DNA from: Leucoraja erinacea
Taxonomy: Eukaryota
Assembly (NCBI RefSeq): GCF_028641065.1
Contig: NC_073388.1
Span: 20,212,001 to 20,276,000, forward strand
Direction of reading: 5' to 3'
DNA length: 64,000 bases
The position numbers and the translations under genes are program-made. The notes beneath the pieces were generated by a model that was not told the origin of the DNA, did not search any database, and saw nothing but the letters and a program-made list of their open reading frames with translations. Shown piece after piece: positions 24,371-35,548 of the stretch. Positions within the stretch are counted from its first letter, which is position 1, and every line of letters starts with the position of its first letter.

Positions 24371-25460
24371 GTTGATTGCTTCATATCAATGAGAATGTTA
24401 TTTGACCCTAAATACAATATTATTGTTTACTTATCCCCTTCTCGAGGAACTGGCTGCTTCTGGGATGTAATTGTGCAGTTACCGTGTCAAAACTATTCTT
24501 TCTATTCCCATGGTTGGGGAGCTGAGATGTAATTATTCTGAGAAGAATGACAGACGTGAAGAGTAGAGAGTCAAAGTAGGACTCGTAGATTGAGTTCCAA
24601 CTGGCACCTTGGTTGATGAAGACCATTCCTGAGAATACTATATATCCCTGAGGAACTCGACTGGTCACAAAATATATTATACAAAATAAATATATATAGT
24701 CTGAAAATACTATTGTGATCATTGGAGTTCCTTGGGTATATGTGGTCTTTATAAATACAAACTTGGGCATAAATGTAGATGGTTTACTTATAAAGATTTA
24801 AACAGATTTAAGAAGGATATTGGGAGCAACCATATCACACATGAGGTAGCCCAAATCTGCAATGAGCTGCCAGAGGAAGCTAAAGAAGCATTTACAATTG
24901 TGGTAGACACACCATGCTGGAGTAACTCAGCAGGACAGGCATCATCTCTGGAGAGAAGGAATGGGTGATGTTTCGGGTTGAGACCCTTCTTCAGACTGGA
25001 GGAAGGTCTCGACCTGAAATGTCCCCTATTCCTTCTCTCCAGGGATGCTGCCTGTGTTACTGCAGCATTATGTGTCTCTTTTGGTTTAAACCAGCATCTG
25101 CAGTTCCTTCCCACGCATTTACAATTGTGACTACTAAAAGACATTTGCACAGTTACATGGATAGGGAGGGTTTTGAAGGCAACGGGACAAATGGAACTAG
25201 ATCAGTATGCCAACTTAGTCAGCATGAAAAGGTGGGTCAAAGAGCCTGTTTCCAGATCTATTTGGTCTGAACATCTCTGACTTTGACACAAAGCAAATGT
25301 ATGCAGCACCATTTGGGCAAATGGGCTTCCTTCCAAACCCTTTTTTTTGTTTGTTTTTGAATTGTCAAAGAATCTGCACAACTGTTTGTACTTAGTTTGT
25401 TGTACTTTGTAAGATTAATTTGTATATACCATCTCACAATCTGAATATTGATGTTTGCAG

Positions 25461-25610
25461 TGTGCCAGAGCCAACCTTGAGACACTGACTCTTGCCCGCT
25501 ACATCTGTGAGTTAACTCTGCAGGAATATGAGTTTATTTGGGAAAGTGCTTCCAAACTGGCCTCATCCTGCCTTCTATTGGCCCTCAAGATGAAAGATCT
25601 TGGAGGATGG
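25461..25610 (+). CDS. CCNB3: Cyclin B3 coding exon 9 (CARANLETLTLARYICELTLQEY...LGGW)
   Basis: Cyclin C-terminal fold; TGCAG acceptor, TGG|GTAAGT donor. Confidence 0.97.
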
Positions 25611-26218
25611 GTAAGTGGTGGTTATCGTTTATTATTAGTTGCAGTGTAACTTTCTGTTTCTCAACATCTTTTTTTGTTGTCATCTTTGACCAAATACATA
25701 GATCTCTTCTGTGCTTCTGTTGATTAGTGGCTCATGTTATGAGTCATGCTTTTGTAGTTGCGCCCACTAGCTTATTAGCGTCGCTGTCTACTGCACTCCG
25801 CAGTCTGAAGTGAACTCTCAAGTGAGAGCTTGTAGTTTATTCTAAATAAAGAGTGTATAACCTGACATGGTGTGAGGTCGCTATTATTACAAGGACTCCA
25901 AACCAACAGCTTCCAAGTCTCTTGATGGTCTGACGTTGGAGAGTTTGCTAGATTACATTTCCCACTTTCATTTTTTCCCTTCCCTTTCAGGAAGTGCAGT
26001 TGGCTTCTACCTTGTATTTTCCTATAATTAGTACTGTTGAAATAAACAGATTCAACACCAGGGATGTGCTATGATTCCGATGTACTACACCACCGTGTAT
26101 CTGACTTGCCTGTTAGTTTTGATGTATGACTTTGAGGACAGGATAAGCTAATAAATTCACAAAATCTGCTGCAGTTTTAAAAAAACCTGTGAATTTGGAA
26201 AATGCGGCTTTGTTTCAG

Positions 26219-26349
26219 ACTCCAACATTACAACATTACACCGGATACCAGTTCACTGATCTGCACTCGCTGATGAGGAGACTGAACCTTTTACTTTACA
26301 GTAAGCCCAATGAAAAGCTGAAGGCTGTGCGGTACAAGTATGCTCACAA
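26219..26349 (+). CDS. CCNB3: Cyclin B3 coding exon 10 (TPTLQHYTGY...KLKAVRYKYAH)
   Basis: TTTCAG acceptor, AA|GTAAGT donor, phase 2; conserved W-TPTL-HY-GY motif. Confidence 0.96.
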
Positions 26350-27787
26350 GTAAGTGGTGGACATTATGCATCTCACCTGGTGATAGTCCAAGATCAAGGC
26401 ATTGGTAACTCTTTCAATTAATAAAAGGTTATTATGATTTATTGCTTTATAGCTCCGGAATGAAGCCAATAAACTCACTGGGTCAATTAGATTGTGGATA
26501 ATTGGTATCTTTTGGGACATTATCCAGAACCAGACTATTGACCTAGCATGCAACACAGCCTTTGTGCATGAGTGGTTCAGATCTGCACTGCCCTTTGCAT
26601 GATAAAAGCTTCTCAAACTCTAGTCTGCATGGCTGTGTTCTGATAAAGGCTGTACCTCTTTATTTTAAACCATATAACCATATAACAATTACAGCACGGA
26701 AACAGGCCATCTCGACCCTTCTAGTCCGTGCCGAACACATAATCTCCCCTAGTCCCATATACCTGCGCTCAGACCATAACCCTCCATCCCCTTCCCATCC
26801 ATATAACTATCCAATTTATTTTTAAATGATAAAAACGAACCTGCCTCCACCACCTTCACTGGAAGCTCATTCCACACAGCTACCACTCTCTGAGTAAAGA
26901 CCTTAATTAAATTATATCTCCATCTGCTCTTATCCCCTCCTTCCCCCATATTCTCATGATGTTGCATTGCGCCTTCTTTAAAACTAATATCCTTTTTGAG
27001 ATTGAATGTCCAATACCCTACGCCACATGGAGCCGATAGTGACTATTGTGAAATATACCTTCCATATTTTGACCTTGTACAAGTACAAAGTGAATTTACA
27101 GAAAACGGCTTTAATGTTGAACAGGTCAGGAGGACACATTATTGGCAACAATGCTGAATACAAGATTCAACTGTCAGTATCAATGTGTCACTGGTCATTT
27201 TGCATTTTATGTCCACCCATTGCCCTTTTGTGAATTTGGGCATCCAAATCTTAATCCTAATTTTCTCATCTTTTTTGATATTCCATTTTGTCTGTATTGG
27301 TGGCTACAAGAAATTGTAGATGCTAGTTTACAAAAAAGACAGTGCTGGAATAACTGAGCAGGTCACACAGTATCTCTAGAGAGGATGGGTAGGTGGCATT
27401 TTAGGTTTGGGCATGAAGAAGGGTCCCAATCTGAAAACTCAGTTATCCATGTTCTCTGAAGATGCTGTATGACCCGCTGAGTTACTCTAGCACTGTCTTT
27501 TTTTTTTGTTTTTGATGGTGATACCAATAAAGAATAGGTAATTGGAAGATGGCATCTGAGTCCTTTGCATTGTTACTAAAATCTGACAAAGAAAAAAATG
27601 AATACCAGTTCACAAGACCTGCCTGACTTGTGGCCCTAGCTTAAGAACTATGTTGTGAGAGTAAGTGGGGCACTGAATTGTAACTTGTTCAGGCATTTCT
27701 GAGTCTTTGTAAGATCTGTATTATTTTCCTATAAATGCATTGTCCTTGAGTGTTTTTAATTGCATTTTGATTTTTTTTTAAAATTAG

Positions 27788-27866
27788 GGTTTTCTTTGAA
27801 GTGGCAAAAATTCCACCCTTGGATGTTCTGAAGCTTGAAGAACAACTGAAATTGAACACCATCTAA
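27788..27866 (+). CDS. CCNB3: Cyclin B3 last coding exon (VFFEVAKIPPLDVLKLEEQLKLNTI*)
   Basis: T-rich tract and TTAG, phase-compatible, conserved VFFEVAKIPP, stop TAA; total CDS 1239 nt. Confidence 0.95.
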
Positions 27867-29260
27867 ATCGGAGATCCTGGCTATTGGGGGAAATGGTGTT
27901 GTATTTCATTGCACTTGTGTGGCTGGGTTTGCTGTGTATGTAGGTGTAAATACTTGCAGCATTTGCTTAATATTTCTTCACAATGATATCTCTGCTAAGC
28001 AGAAATAATTGTAGATAATTATTCTTATGGTAACTCAAATACAGCAAACATTGAAATACAGTATCTGAATTCTTAAATTAAGAGTAGAAAATCAGCCATT
28101 GTAAATTGTAGTAGGGTGGGGGGGGGGGGAAGCTGGGGTTGTAAACATTTTATAATCTTAAATGTGAAATATACCATAAAAAGCAACTGTATTTTTACCA
28201 CAAGATCGGAAGCAATAATTAATGACCACAAAATTGATTCCCTTAATCTTGTATAACTAAATATTTTTGGAGGTAAAATAATTATTCCTAAACTTGCAGA
28301 CTAAAAGAGCATATTGTTATTGAAAAAAAATATTGTTTTGTCAAAATAGGCTATTGGGGAACTTTGCTTATTTTAATAGTCTTTCCCAGAAATCTGTACT
28401 TAAAAAGTATATAACATTATGTAGGAAAACTGCATTGAAAGAAAAAAAATCCATTCTCGTAGGCAAACCTGATTCTTTTTGTTTTGCTTCCTCCATTGAT
28501 TCTTGTTTATTTGGTAAAAATCCCAACTTGCAAAAGCAGCTGAATTTTGTTTTCTCAATTGGCAACAAAGTGCTGAAGATTGGGGCAAACTAATATGAAC
28601 CCATTTTAATTGCTTCAGATTTTACCCAATCCTCCCCTTTGTTGTTATCTCTGTTGTTGTGAAAGTGACTTACCACAGATTTAATACATCTCAGTTGTTC
28701 CACTATCCTGTCGAACAGATCCCGGAGCTTGTGTAATTGTGTAATTTTGCCAATTGCATATGCCTTTTTATTTAAGATACACCTGATATATGCTAAATGT
28801 CATGACTTTTGTTAAGAGGGGAAAGAAGATATTGGTTTGCTACTTTGTGGGGGGGGGGGTTACTATAATTGCTAATTCTAGTTTTTTTATCTTAATTATA
28901 AACAATGGCCTGATGTTTTAGAAACTACTGTTATTAATGTACAGGAACAATATTGATCATACAGTTTTTCAATGTTGCTGTTAATTACCATTTGTAAAAA
29001 TGTTTCATTTGGTATATTTGTACTTGGAACCATTTAAATTATGCTTTGGAAGCTATTTGTCAAGTATTTAAATGTTTTTAAGAATTTTGTCATGGAAAAA
29101 ATGAATATGTGTATAAATATATATATGTTTGAGTACTTTTTTGATCCACACTTTGTTCTCGCTATTTTCATATCTAAGTGAGTCTAATTTCTCTTGTAAA
29201 ATAAATTAAATGTATTCTTGTGGTAAATTTTATTTGTAATAAATTTCACTTTCTAACACT
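27867..29260 (+). promoter_or_regulatory. CCNB3 3' UTR with poly(A) signals, CPE and Pumilio elements
   Basis: AATAAA at 29200 and 29238; TTTTAT at 29228-29233; TGTAAATA 27945 and TGTAGATA 28010; AU-rich with no recognisable transposon sequence. Confidence 0.7.
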
Positions 29261-30324
29261 CGTCTAAAAATTGGTCTTTTCTTTCTCAGAGCTGATCATT
29301 GTAGGTAGTTGTGTTATAACGCAATAGTTGTATTCCGAAGATACCTATGTTTTATAAATCGTGTTTGTAAAGATGATTGTGTCAATGGGGCAAAGGGGTG
29401 CGGTCTTCGAGTTTGAGTTTGTCATAAATACTGTTTTAATCCAAAGCAGTTTTTTTTTTTTTCTGCTTGCCAATCTACAATAACTAGTGTTTTTCCTGTT
29501 TCTATTCAAAATTGTATTATAACCAATCTGACCTGTAATGCAATTGTTCCTGTAATGCAAATGTTCCCTAATTCAACACTTGCATTATATCCAATTTGTG
29601 TCATGGAAACATGTCATAGTCCCATAACGTCGCCTATTCATGTATTTCCAGAGATGCTGCCTGACCTACTGAGTTACTCCAGCACTTCATCTTTTTTGTT
29701 TTTGCAGAACCACCTGTAATCTGAAAATGATTTAAGCAGAAGAGTTAAAGATGCTTTGCCCAGTGGATTTGGTTGTTGTATAATAGATTTTGTTGAAATG
29801 TGAGGATATCAAGTTTAAATAGCTTTCTTGTGTTGGTGGCAGGCATAAATCACCCAAAGACCTCTAATCTGGCACGGCAAATCTAAAATAGAAATCCTAG
29901 ATCTCTTAACAAATTTATTTTCTGAAATCATCGTTAATTTGAAGCAGGTGCAGGATGTACTCCAAATTGAATGCTAACTTTCAGACAGACTCAAACAACA
30001 TTTGTGTTGTTTGAATGCTTAATATGAATATCTAGGAATAGATAAAGTAATTGCACAGTCTTTTACCTGGAATAGGGCCGGAGGACTTAGGTTTAAGGTG
30101 TCAGGGGAGTGATGTAATAGCCTGCGACCTGCGAGCGCCTGACGATGTCATTCCACTGGCCCGAGGTCGCGCACCGGTTTCAGGTCGCTGCCGCTAGAAT
30201 GCCACCTCAGCCACCGGAGCACCGAGGTACATGGATAGGAAAGGTTTAGAAGGATACTAGACTAAGTGGGACCCGTTGGGAGGTCAGGTTCCCCCAACGC
30301 AACTCGTTCCCCAATGCAATATTC

Positions 30325-32698
30325 CAACTAAACAGGATATTTGCGTCCCAGTTAGAGTGAAGGGCAAAGCAAGAAAACATAAGGAAACTTGCCTGATGAG
30401 GGAAATTAAGGCACAGGTCAAAAACAAGAAGGATGCATGGGACAGGTATAGGCAGCTGGGATCAAATGCATCCCTGGAGGAGTTTTGGGAACTAAGGAGT
30501 AAAATGAAAAAAGAGATCAGAAGGGCAAAAAGGGGCCAGGAGATAGCTCTGGTGGATGGCATTAAGGACAATCCTAAAAGATTTGATATACATAAGGGGG
30601 ACAAGGGTAACTGGAGAGTGGGACCTCTCATGAATCAAAGCAGTCACCTCTGTGTGGTCACAGGAGATGGAGCAAGGTCCTCTGAGTGTTTCTCCTCTGT
30701 ATTTAGAAACATAGAAAATAGCTACAGGAGGAGGTTTCTATTCGGCCCTTCGAGCCAGCACCGCGAGAAAGACAGTAGGACGGAGGAACTTGGGGCAGTC
30801 AATGGAAGTGTTTTGAGAGCAGTCAGTGTTACCGTCGAAGTACTATTGTGTGTGAAGGTAGACAAATCTCCAGGGCCTGATCAGATATATCTGAGGACAT
30901 TGTGGGAGCCCTGGTTGAAATTGACGAGTCGTCCTTAAATACAGGAGAGGTGCCGGAATACTGGAGGGTGGCAAATGTTATGCCTCGTTTCAAGAAGCGC
31001 TGCAGGGGAAATGCTGGGAACTATAACCTTAGCATCTAGTTGGAAAGTTACTGGAGAGTATTCTGAGGGATAGGATATACAGGCATTTGGATGGGCAAGG
31101 GCTGATTAGGAATAGTCAGCATGGTTTTGTACGTGGGAGGTCGTGTCTCACAAATCTGATTTTTTTTAAGACGTGACCAAAAAGGTTGATGAGGGCAGAG
31201 CTGTAGATATTGTGTTTATGGATTACAGTAAGATATTCAACAAGATTCCACATGGTAGGTTGCTCTGGAAGGTTAGATCACATGGGATCCAAGGAGAGAT
31301 AGCTGAATGGATAGCAAATTAGCTCCATGAAAGGAAACGGTGATGGTGGAAGATTGCTTCTTGGACTGGAGGCCTGTGACTAGTGGTGTGCCTCAGGGTT
31401 TGGTGGTGCTGGGTTTGTTACTGTTTGTCATCTACATCAATGATTTGGATGAGAACATACAGGGCAAGATTAGCAAGTTGGCTGTTGATACAAAAGTGAA
31501 TGGTTTTGCAGATAGTGAATATGGTTGTGAAAGATTGCAGTAGGATCTGGATCAATTGGCCAGGTGAGCTGAGGAATGATTGATGGAATTTAATACAGAG
31601 AAGTGTGAGGTGTTGCATTTTGGGATGTCTAACAAGGGCAGGACCTATAGTGAATGGTTGGCCTCTGGGGAATGTTGTAGAGCAGATGGATCTTAGAGTG
31701 CAGGTGCATGAGTATTGAGTATAGAAACTGGGAGGTCATGTTGCAGTTGTATAAGATGTTGATGAGACCGCATTTAGAATATTGTGTTCAGATCCGGGCA
31801 CCATGTTATAGGAAAATGTTGTCGAGCTTGAAAGGGTTCAGAAAAGATTTATGAGGCTGTTGCTAGGACTAAAGAGTGTGAGCTATAGGGTGAGGTTGAG
31901 TAGGCTGGGTCTGTCTCTCTTGGAGCGCAGGAGGATGAGGAGTGATCTTATAGAGGTGAATAAAATCATGAGAGGAATAGATTGCATAGATGCACAAAGT
32001 CTCTTGCCCAGAGTAGGGGAATCGTGGACCAGAGGACATGGGTTCAAGGTGATGGAGGAAAAAATTAATAGGAATCCGAGGGGTAACTTTTTCACACAAA
32101 GGAAGGTGGGTGTATGGAGCAAGCTGCCAGAGAAGGTAGTTGAGGCTGGGACTATGCCATCATGTAAGAAACAGTTAGACAGGTAAATGGATAGGATAGG
32201 TTTGGAGGGATATGGACAAAGTCTAGAATTTAGGAGATTGAGAGGGGATCTTATAGAAACTTACAAAATGCTTAAGGGGTTGGACAGGCTAGATGCAGGA
32301 AGATTGTTCCCGATCTTGGGGAAGTCCAGGACAAGGGGTCACAGCTTAAGGATAAGGGGGAAATCCTTTAAAACCGAGATGAGGATAACTTTTTTCACAC
32401 AGTGGTGAATCTCTGGAACTCTCTGCCACAGAGGGTAGTTGAGGCCAGTTCATTGGCTATATTTAAGAGGGTCAGAGGGTATGGAGAGAAGGCAGGTACG
32501 GGATACTGAGTTGGATGATCAGCCATGATCATATTGAATGGCGGTGCAGGCTCGAAGGGCCGAATGGCCTACTCCTGCACCTAATTTCTATGTTTCTATG
32601 TTAACTGCAGGCAGGAGGAACTAGTGGAGCTGGGACATGTTGGCTGAAGTGTGGGCAAGATGGGCCGAAGGGCCTGTTTCCACACTGTATCACTATAG
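30325..32698 (+). mobile_element. Degenerate CR1-clade (HER1-like) LINE ORF2 and 3' end, with a second CR1 3' fragment nested at ~32220-32600
   Basis: KSPGPDQIY, WRPVTSGVPQG..LLFVIYINDLD, SLERRRMRSDLIEV; the nested copy ends in (TTTCTATG)n. Confidence 0.92.
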
Positions 32699-32974
32699 GC
32701 AAATTCACCTACAAACCCGCACTGCCAACCTGCCTCAAGAAGGGTCCTGACATAAACGTCGCCTAGCTATGGTCTCCATGCTGCCTGACCCGAGGAACTC
32801 CAGCACTTTGTGGCTTTTTGTTTACAAAAAACCTACACAAATTTGAGATGACTGAAGGATAATGTGCGAACTCTACACAGACAGTGCCCGAGGTCAGGCT
32901 CGAACGTGGTCCCATGTGCCGTGAGGCAGCGGTTCTTACCTGCTGTGCCACCCTGTCACCGTGCTGATTGGTTT

Positions 32975-33258
32975 GTTTAGTTTAGAGACACAGCGTGGGC
33001 CCTTCGGCCCACCTAATCCACGCTTACCAGCGATTCCCGCACACTAACACTATCCTGTACACACTCGGGACAATTTACAGAGGTCAATTAACCTACAAAC
33101 CTGTATGTCTTTGGAGAGTGGGAGGAAACCAGAGATCCCGGAGGAAACCCACGCAGTCACGGAGAAAGCGTACAAACTCCGTTCAGACAGCACCCGTGGT
33201 CAGGATCGAACCCGGGTCTCCCGCGCTGTAAGGCAGCAACTCTACCGCTGCGTCAACG
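32975..33258 (-). mobile_element. tRNA-derived SINE (HE1/V-SINE-like)
   Basis: Minus strand: A-box region GCAGCGGTAGAG, B box GGTTCGATCC, central GGTTTCCTCCCAC domain, (CTAAA)n tail. Confidence 0.88.
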
Positions 33259-33264
33259 TCACTC

Positions 33265-33404
33265 CCCCTCCCCCCTCGACATCACGCGCACGCGTACTCC
33301 GAGGGTTCGGGAGGGAGATGAGCAAGTGCGCAGGCGCGGTGACGGCCGCCTGCCCGGGGGGAGGGGAGGGGAGGGGAGGTCGCGGTGTCGGGGTCGCTCG
33401 GTCA
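33265..33404 (+). promoter_or_regulatory. MARS2 CpG-island promoter/5' UTR with NRF1-like site and G-run tract
   Basis: TGCGCAGGCGC at 33327-33337, CGCGCACGCG at 33285, (GGGGA)n at 33356-33379. Confidence 0.65.
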
Positions 33405-33699
33405 ATGTGGAGCTCCGTCAGGCCGCACCTGTCCTGCCGCCTCCCGTCTCTGGGCACCGGCTGCCTCCGGCTGGCCGCCCGGGATGGTCGGGCCTCTGGA
33501 TGCCGCTTGGCCGCGGGTAAGGCGTGTGGACACAGTCCCCGCTCAGGCCCGGCGGCCGCTCCCGGCCCCGTCTTCATCACCACCCCCATCTTCTACGTGA
33601 ATGCGGCTCCTCACATCGGCCATCTGTACTCGGCGGTGCTGGCCGACGCCATGTATCGGCTCAAGCTCTTACTGGGGACCGACGCAAAGTTCACAACAG
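33405..33699 (+). CDS. MARS2: Mitochondrial methionyl-tRNA synthetase exon 1 (transit peptide and HIGH motif)
   Basis: Arg/Ser/Leu-rich N-terminus, [20 protein letters not shown], donor CAG|GTACAG phase 1; alternative in-frame ATG at 33318. Confidence 0.93.
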
Positions 33700-33729
33700 G
33701 TACAGGCGGGCTGGAGCGAAAGCTCCGTA

Positions 33730-33935
33730 GGTCACGGTGGCGCCGCGGTAGAGTTGCTGCCTTAACTTACAGCAAAATGCAGCGCGGGTTCGATCGCGAC
33801 TAAGGGCACTCTGTCTGTACGGAGTTTGTACCAAAGATCCTATAGCGGAGCTATAAGATCTTTGGTTTGTACGATCTCCCCGTGATCTTCTCCGAGATCT
33901 TCGGTTTCCTCCCACACTCCAAAGATGCACAGGAG
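33730..33935 (+). mobile_element. tRNA-derived SINE, 5' part
   Basis: GGTGGCGCCGCGGTAGAGTTGCTGCC, GGTTCGATC, GGTTTCCTCCCACACTCCAAAG. Confidence 0.85.
33832..33864. mobile_element. 33-bp palindromic micro-element with 8-bp TSD, inserted in a SINE
   Basis: GTTTGTAC-CAAAGATCCTATAGCGGAGCTATAAGATCTTTG-GTTTGTAC. Confidence 0.9.
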
Positions 33936-34459
33936 TGTTGTAGAGCGGAGGTAGTCTAGAAGTGCAGGTACATAGTTGCTTGAAAAATAACAATACTGGA
34001 CTCTTGTTTAGTAAGGAACTGCAGATGCCTGAAAATCGAAAGTATGCAAAAATGCTGGAGAAACTCAGCGGGTGAGGCAGCATCTATCATGGAGCGAAGG
34101 ACCCTTCTTCAGACTTAACGCTAAGGTCGCTGGGTCAAATAATGATAAATATTGCTTCAGAGGCGTTTTCTTTTTGTATGTAAAAAACCCACTTGAGAAC
34201 CATTGGCGCTTTTAACATTTTACCAGATTTATCAGTTCTGAAACGTTTTAGATGCCAAAGGAATCAAGAAAAAACACTATTGATGAAATGCAGTGAGCAA
34301 ATGTGATAATTCCCAATATTTTCAATCATGATATCTGCACGGCCAATGTTCGCCAATGTTGCTGTTGTTGTTCCTTAAGCTGTCGCTTCTCTCTACCTTA
34401 ATTTCTCCTCATTTTTGGAATTCTGAAGTAGGATAGGTGTGTCTCACGGTTACCCCGAT

Positions 34460-34585
34460 TTCCACAATTATTTACAGTGCAAAAATTGACCATTTCGGTG
34501 GTTTTTAACAGGTAAGAACACGTACTTTCTTACCTGTTAAAAAACGCCGAAATTATCAATTTTTGTGCTGTAAATAATTGTGGAA
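34460..34585. repeat. Long palindrome (~59-bp arms), probably the core of a MITE
   Basis: TTCCACAATTATTTACAG...TTTTTAACAGGTAAGAA / TTCTTACCTGTTAAAAA...CTGTAAATAATTGTGGAA. Confidence 0.85.
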
Positions 34586-34969
34586 GGTGACTGAACGCTC
34601 TGAACCAAATGCTCTCGTATCTTTGCTCTGAATCCGAGCAAGGTGTAAGCAGCCGAAGGAGCGAATCCCTCGGGACAGCACTCCGGGGTCAGCGCTGTCT
34701 GGCCACGGCCGGCCTCCGCCCTGCCTCCTGTGCGGCAGCACTGTCACGCGCTGTGGGTGACACACTGAACCGATCCCCCGACTGTGGGGACAGACGGCCC
34801 GGGGTCCGCGAGCGTGGAACCAAGAGTGTGGAGTCCGGATGCTGGGACAGAAGAAGGGCTGGCTGTGCTGACATTCACCGCGTGTACTCCAGTTTGCGTT
34901 GCGTGGCAACAGTACGGGTCACGGGGTCGTGCCCTCGATGCCGTACAATCTCCCTATACAAATTAATTA

Positions 34970-35548
34970 CAGTAAACCCTCGTTATAATAGACCATGCGG
35001 GGCGGGTGTCTTTTATTGCCGATTGTCCACTATAACCGAGAACGGATTATTATTGTATAAATAGTTGGAACAAACAACTACAGTTGCGGGTTAATACACA
35101 AAAGGACACAAAGTGCTGGAGTGACTCAGCTGGACAGACAGCATCTCTGGAGAACATGAATAGGTGATGTCTTGGGTCCAGACCCTTCTTCAAACTCTCG
35201 GTCAGGAACTTTTGTCCTGGAATCCAGGTGAGTTGATGGCCGGGGAAGAGGCGAGGATCTGCGCATTTGTTGGTCGTTGCTCACAGGTAGCTGGAGTGCT
35301 ATTGGTGGTGGTGGTGATTGTGGTGACTGTGGTGGTGGCGGCGGAGGCGGCTGTGATGGTCGTGGTGTCGGAGGTGATGGTGGCTCCTGCGGGAGGCAGT
35401 GGCGACGGGAGTAGCCCAGCCAGAGAGGCGGCATGGTGGTGGTGGCGGCGGCGGCGGCAGCAGCCCACCGTGGCAGTGAATGTCAGTAGGTTAGTCCACT
35501 ATAACCTAAATCCATTATAAAGATGTCCGTAGAAACAAGGGTTTACTG
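34970..35548. mobile_element. pogo/Tigger-like MITE
   Basis: TA-CAGTAAACCCTCGTT ... AACAAGGGTTTACTG-TA; interior carries a Penelope-tail copy and a (GGT/GGC)n tract. Confidence 0.85.

Noticed and set aside
25718-25891. Possible short solo LTR (TG...CA with AATAAA) in a CCNB3 intron
   Set aside because: No TSD found and the left boundary is ambiguous
33150-33258. tRNA-like A/B boxes as a tRNA gene
   Set aside because: SINE head continuing into the SINE body; no complete cloverleaf
33105-33317. N-terminal extension of the 232-aa ORF containing MARS2 exon 1
   Set aside because: It translates antisense SINE sequence; not part of the protein
35126-35520. Pro/Thr/Val-rich ORFs
   Set aside because: Translation of a (GGT/GGC)n low-complexity tract inside a MITE
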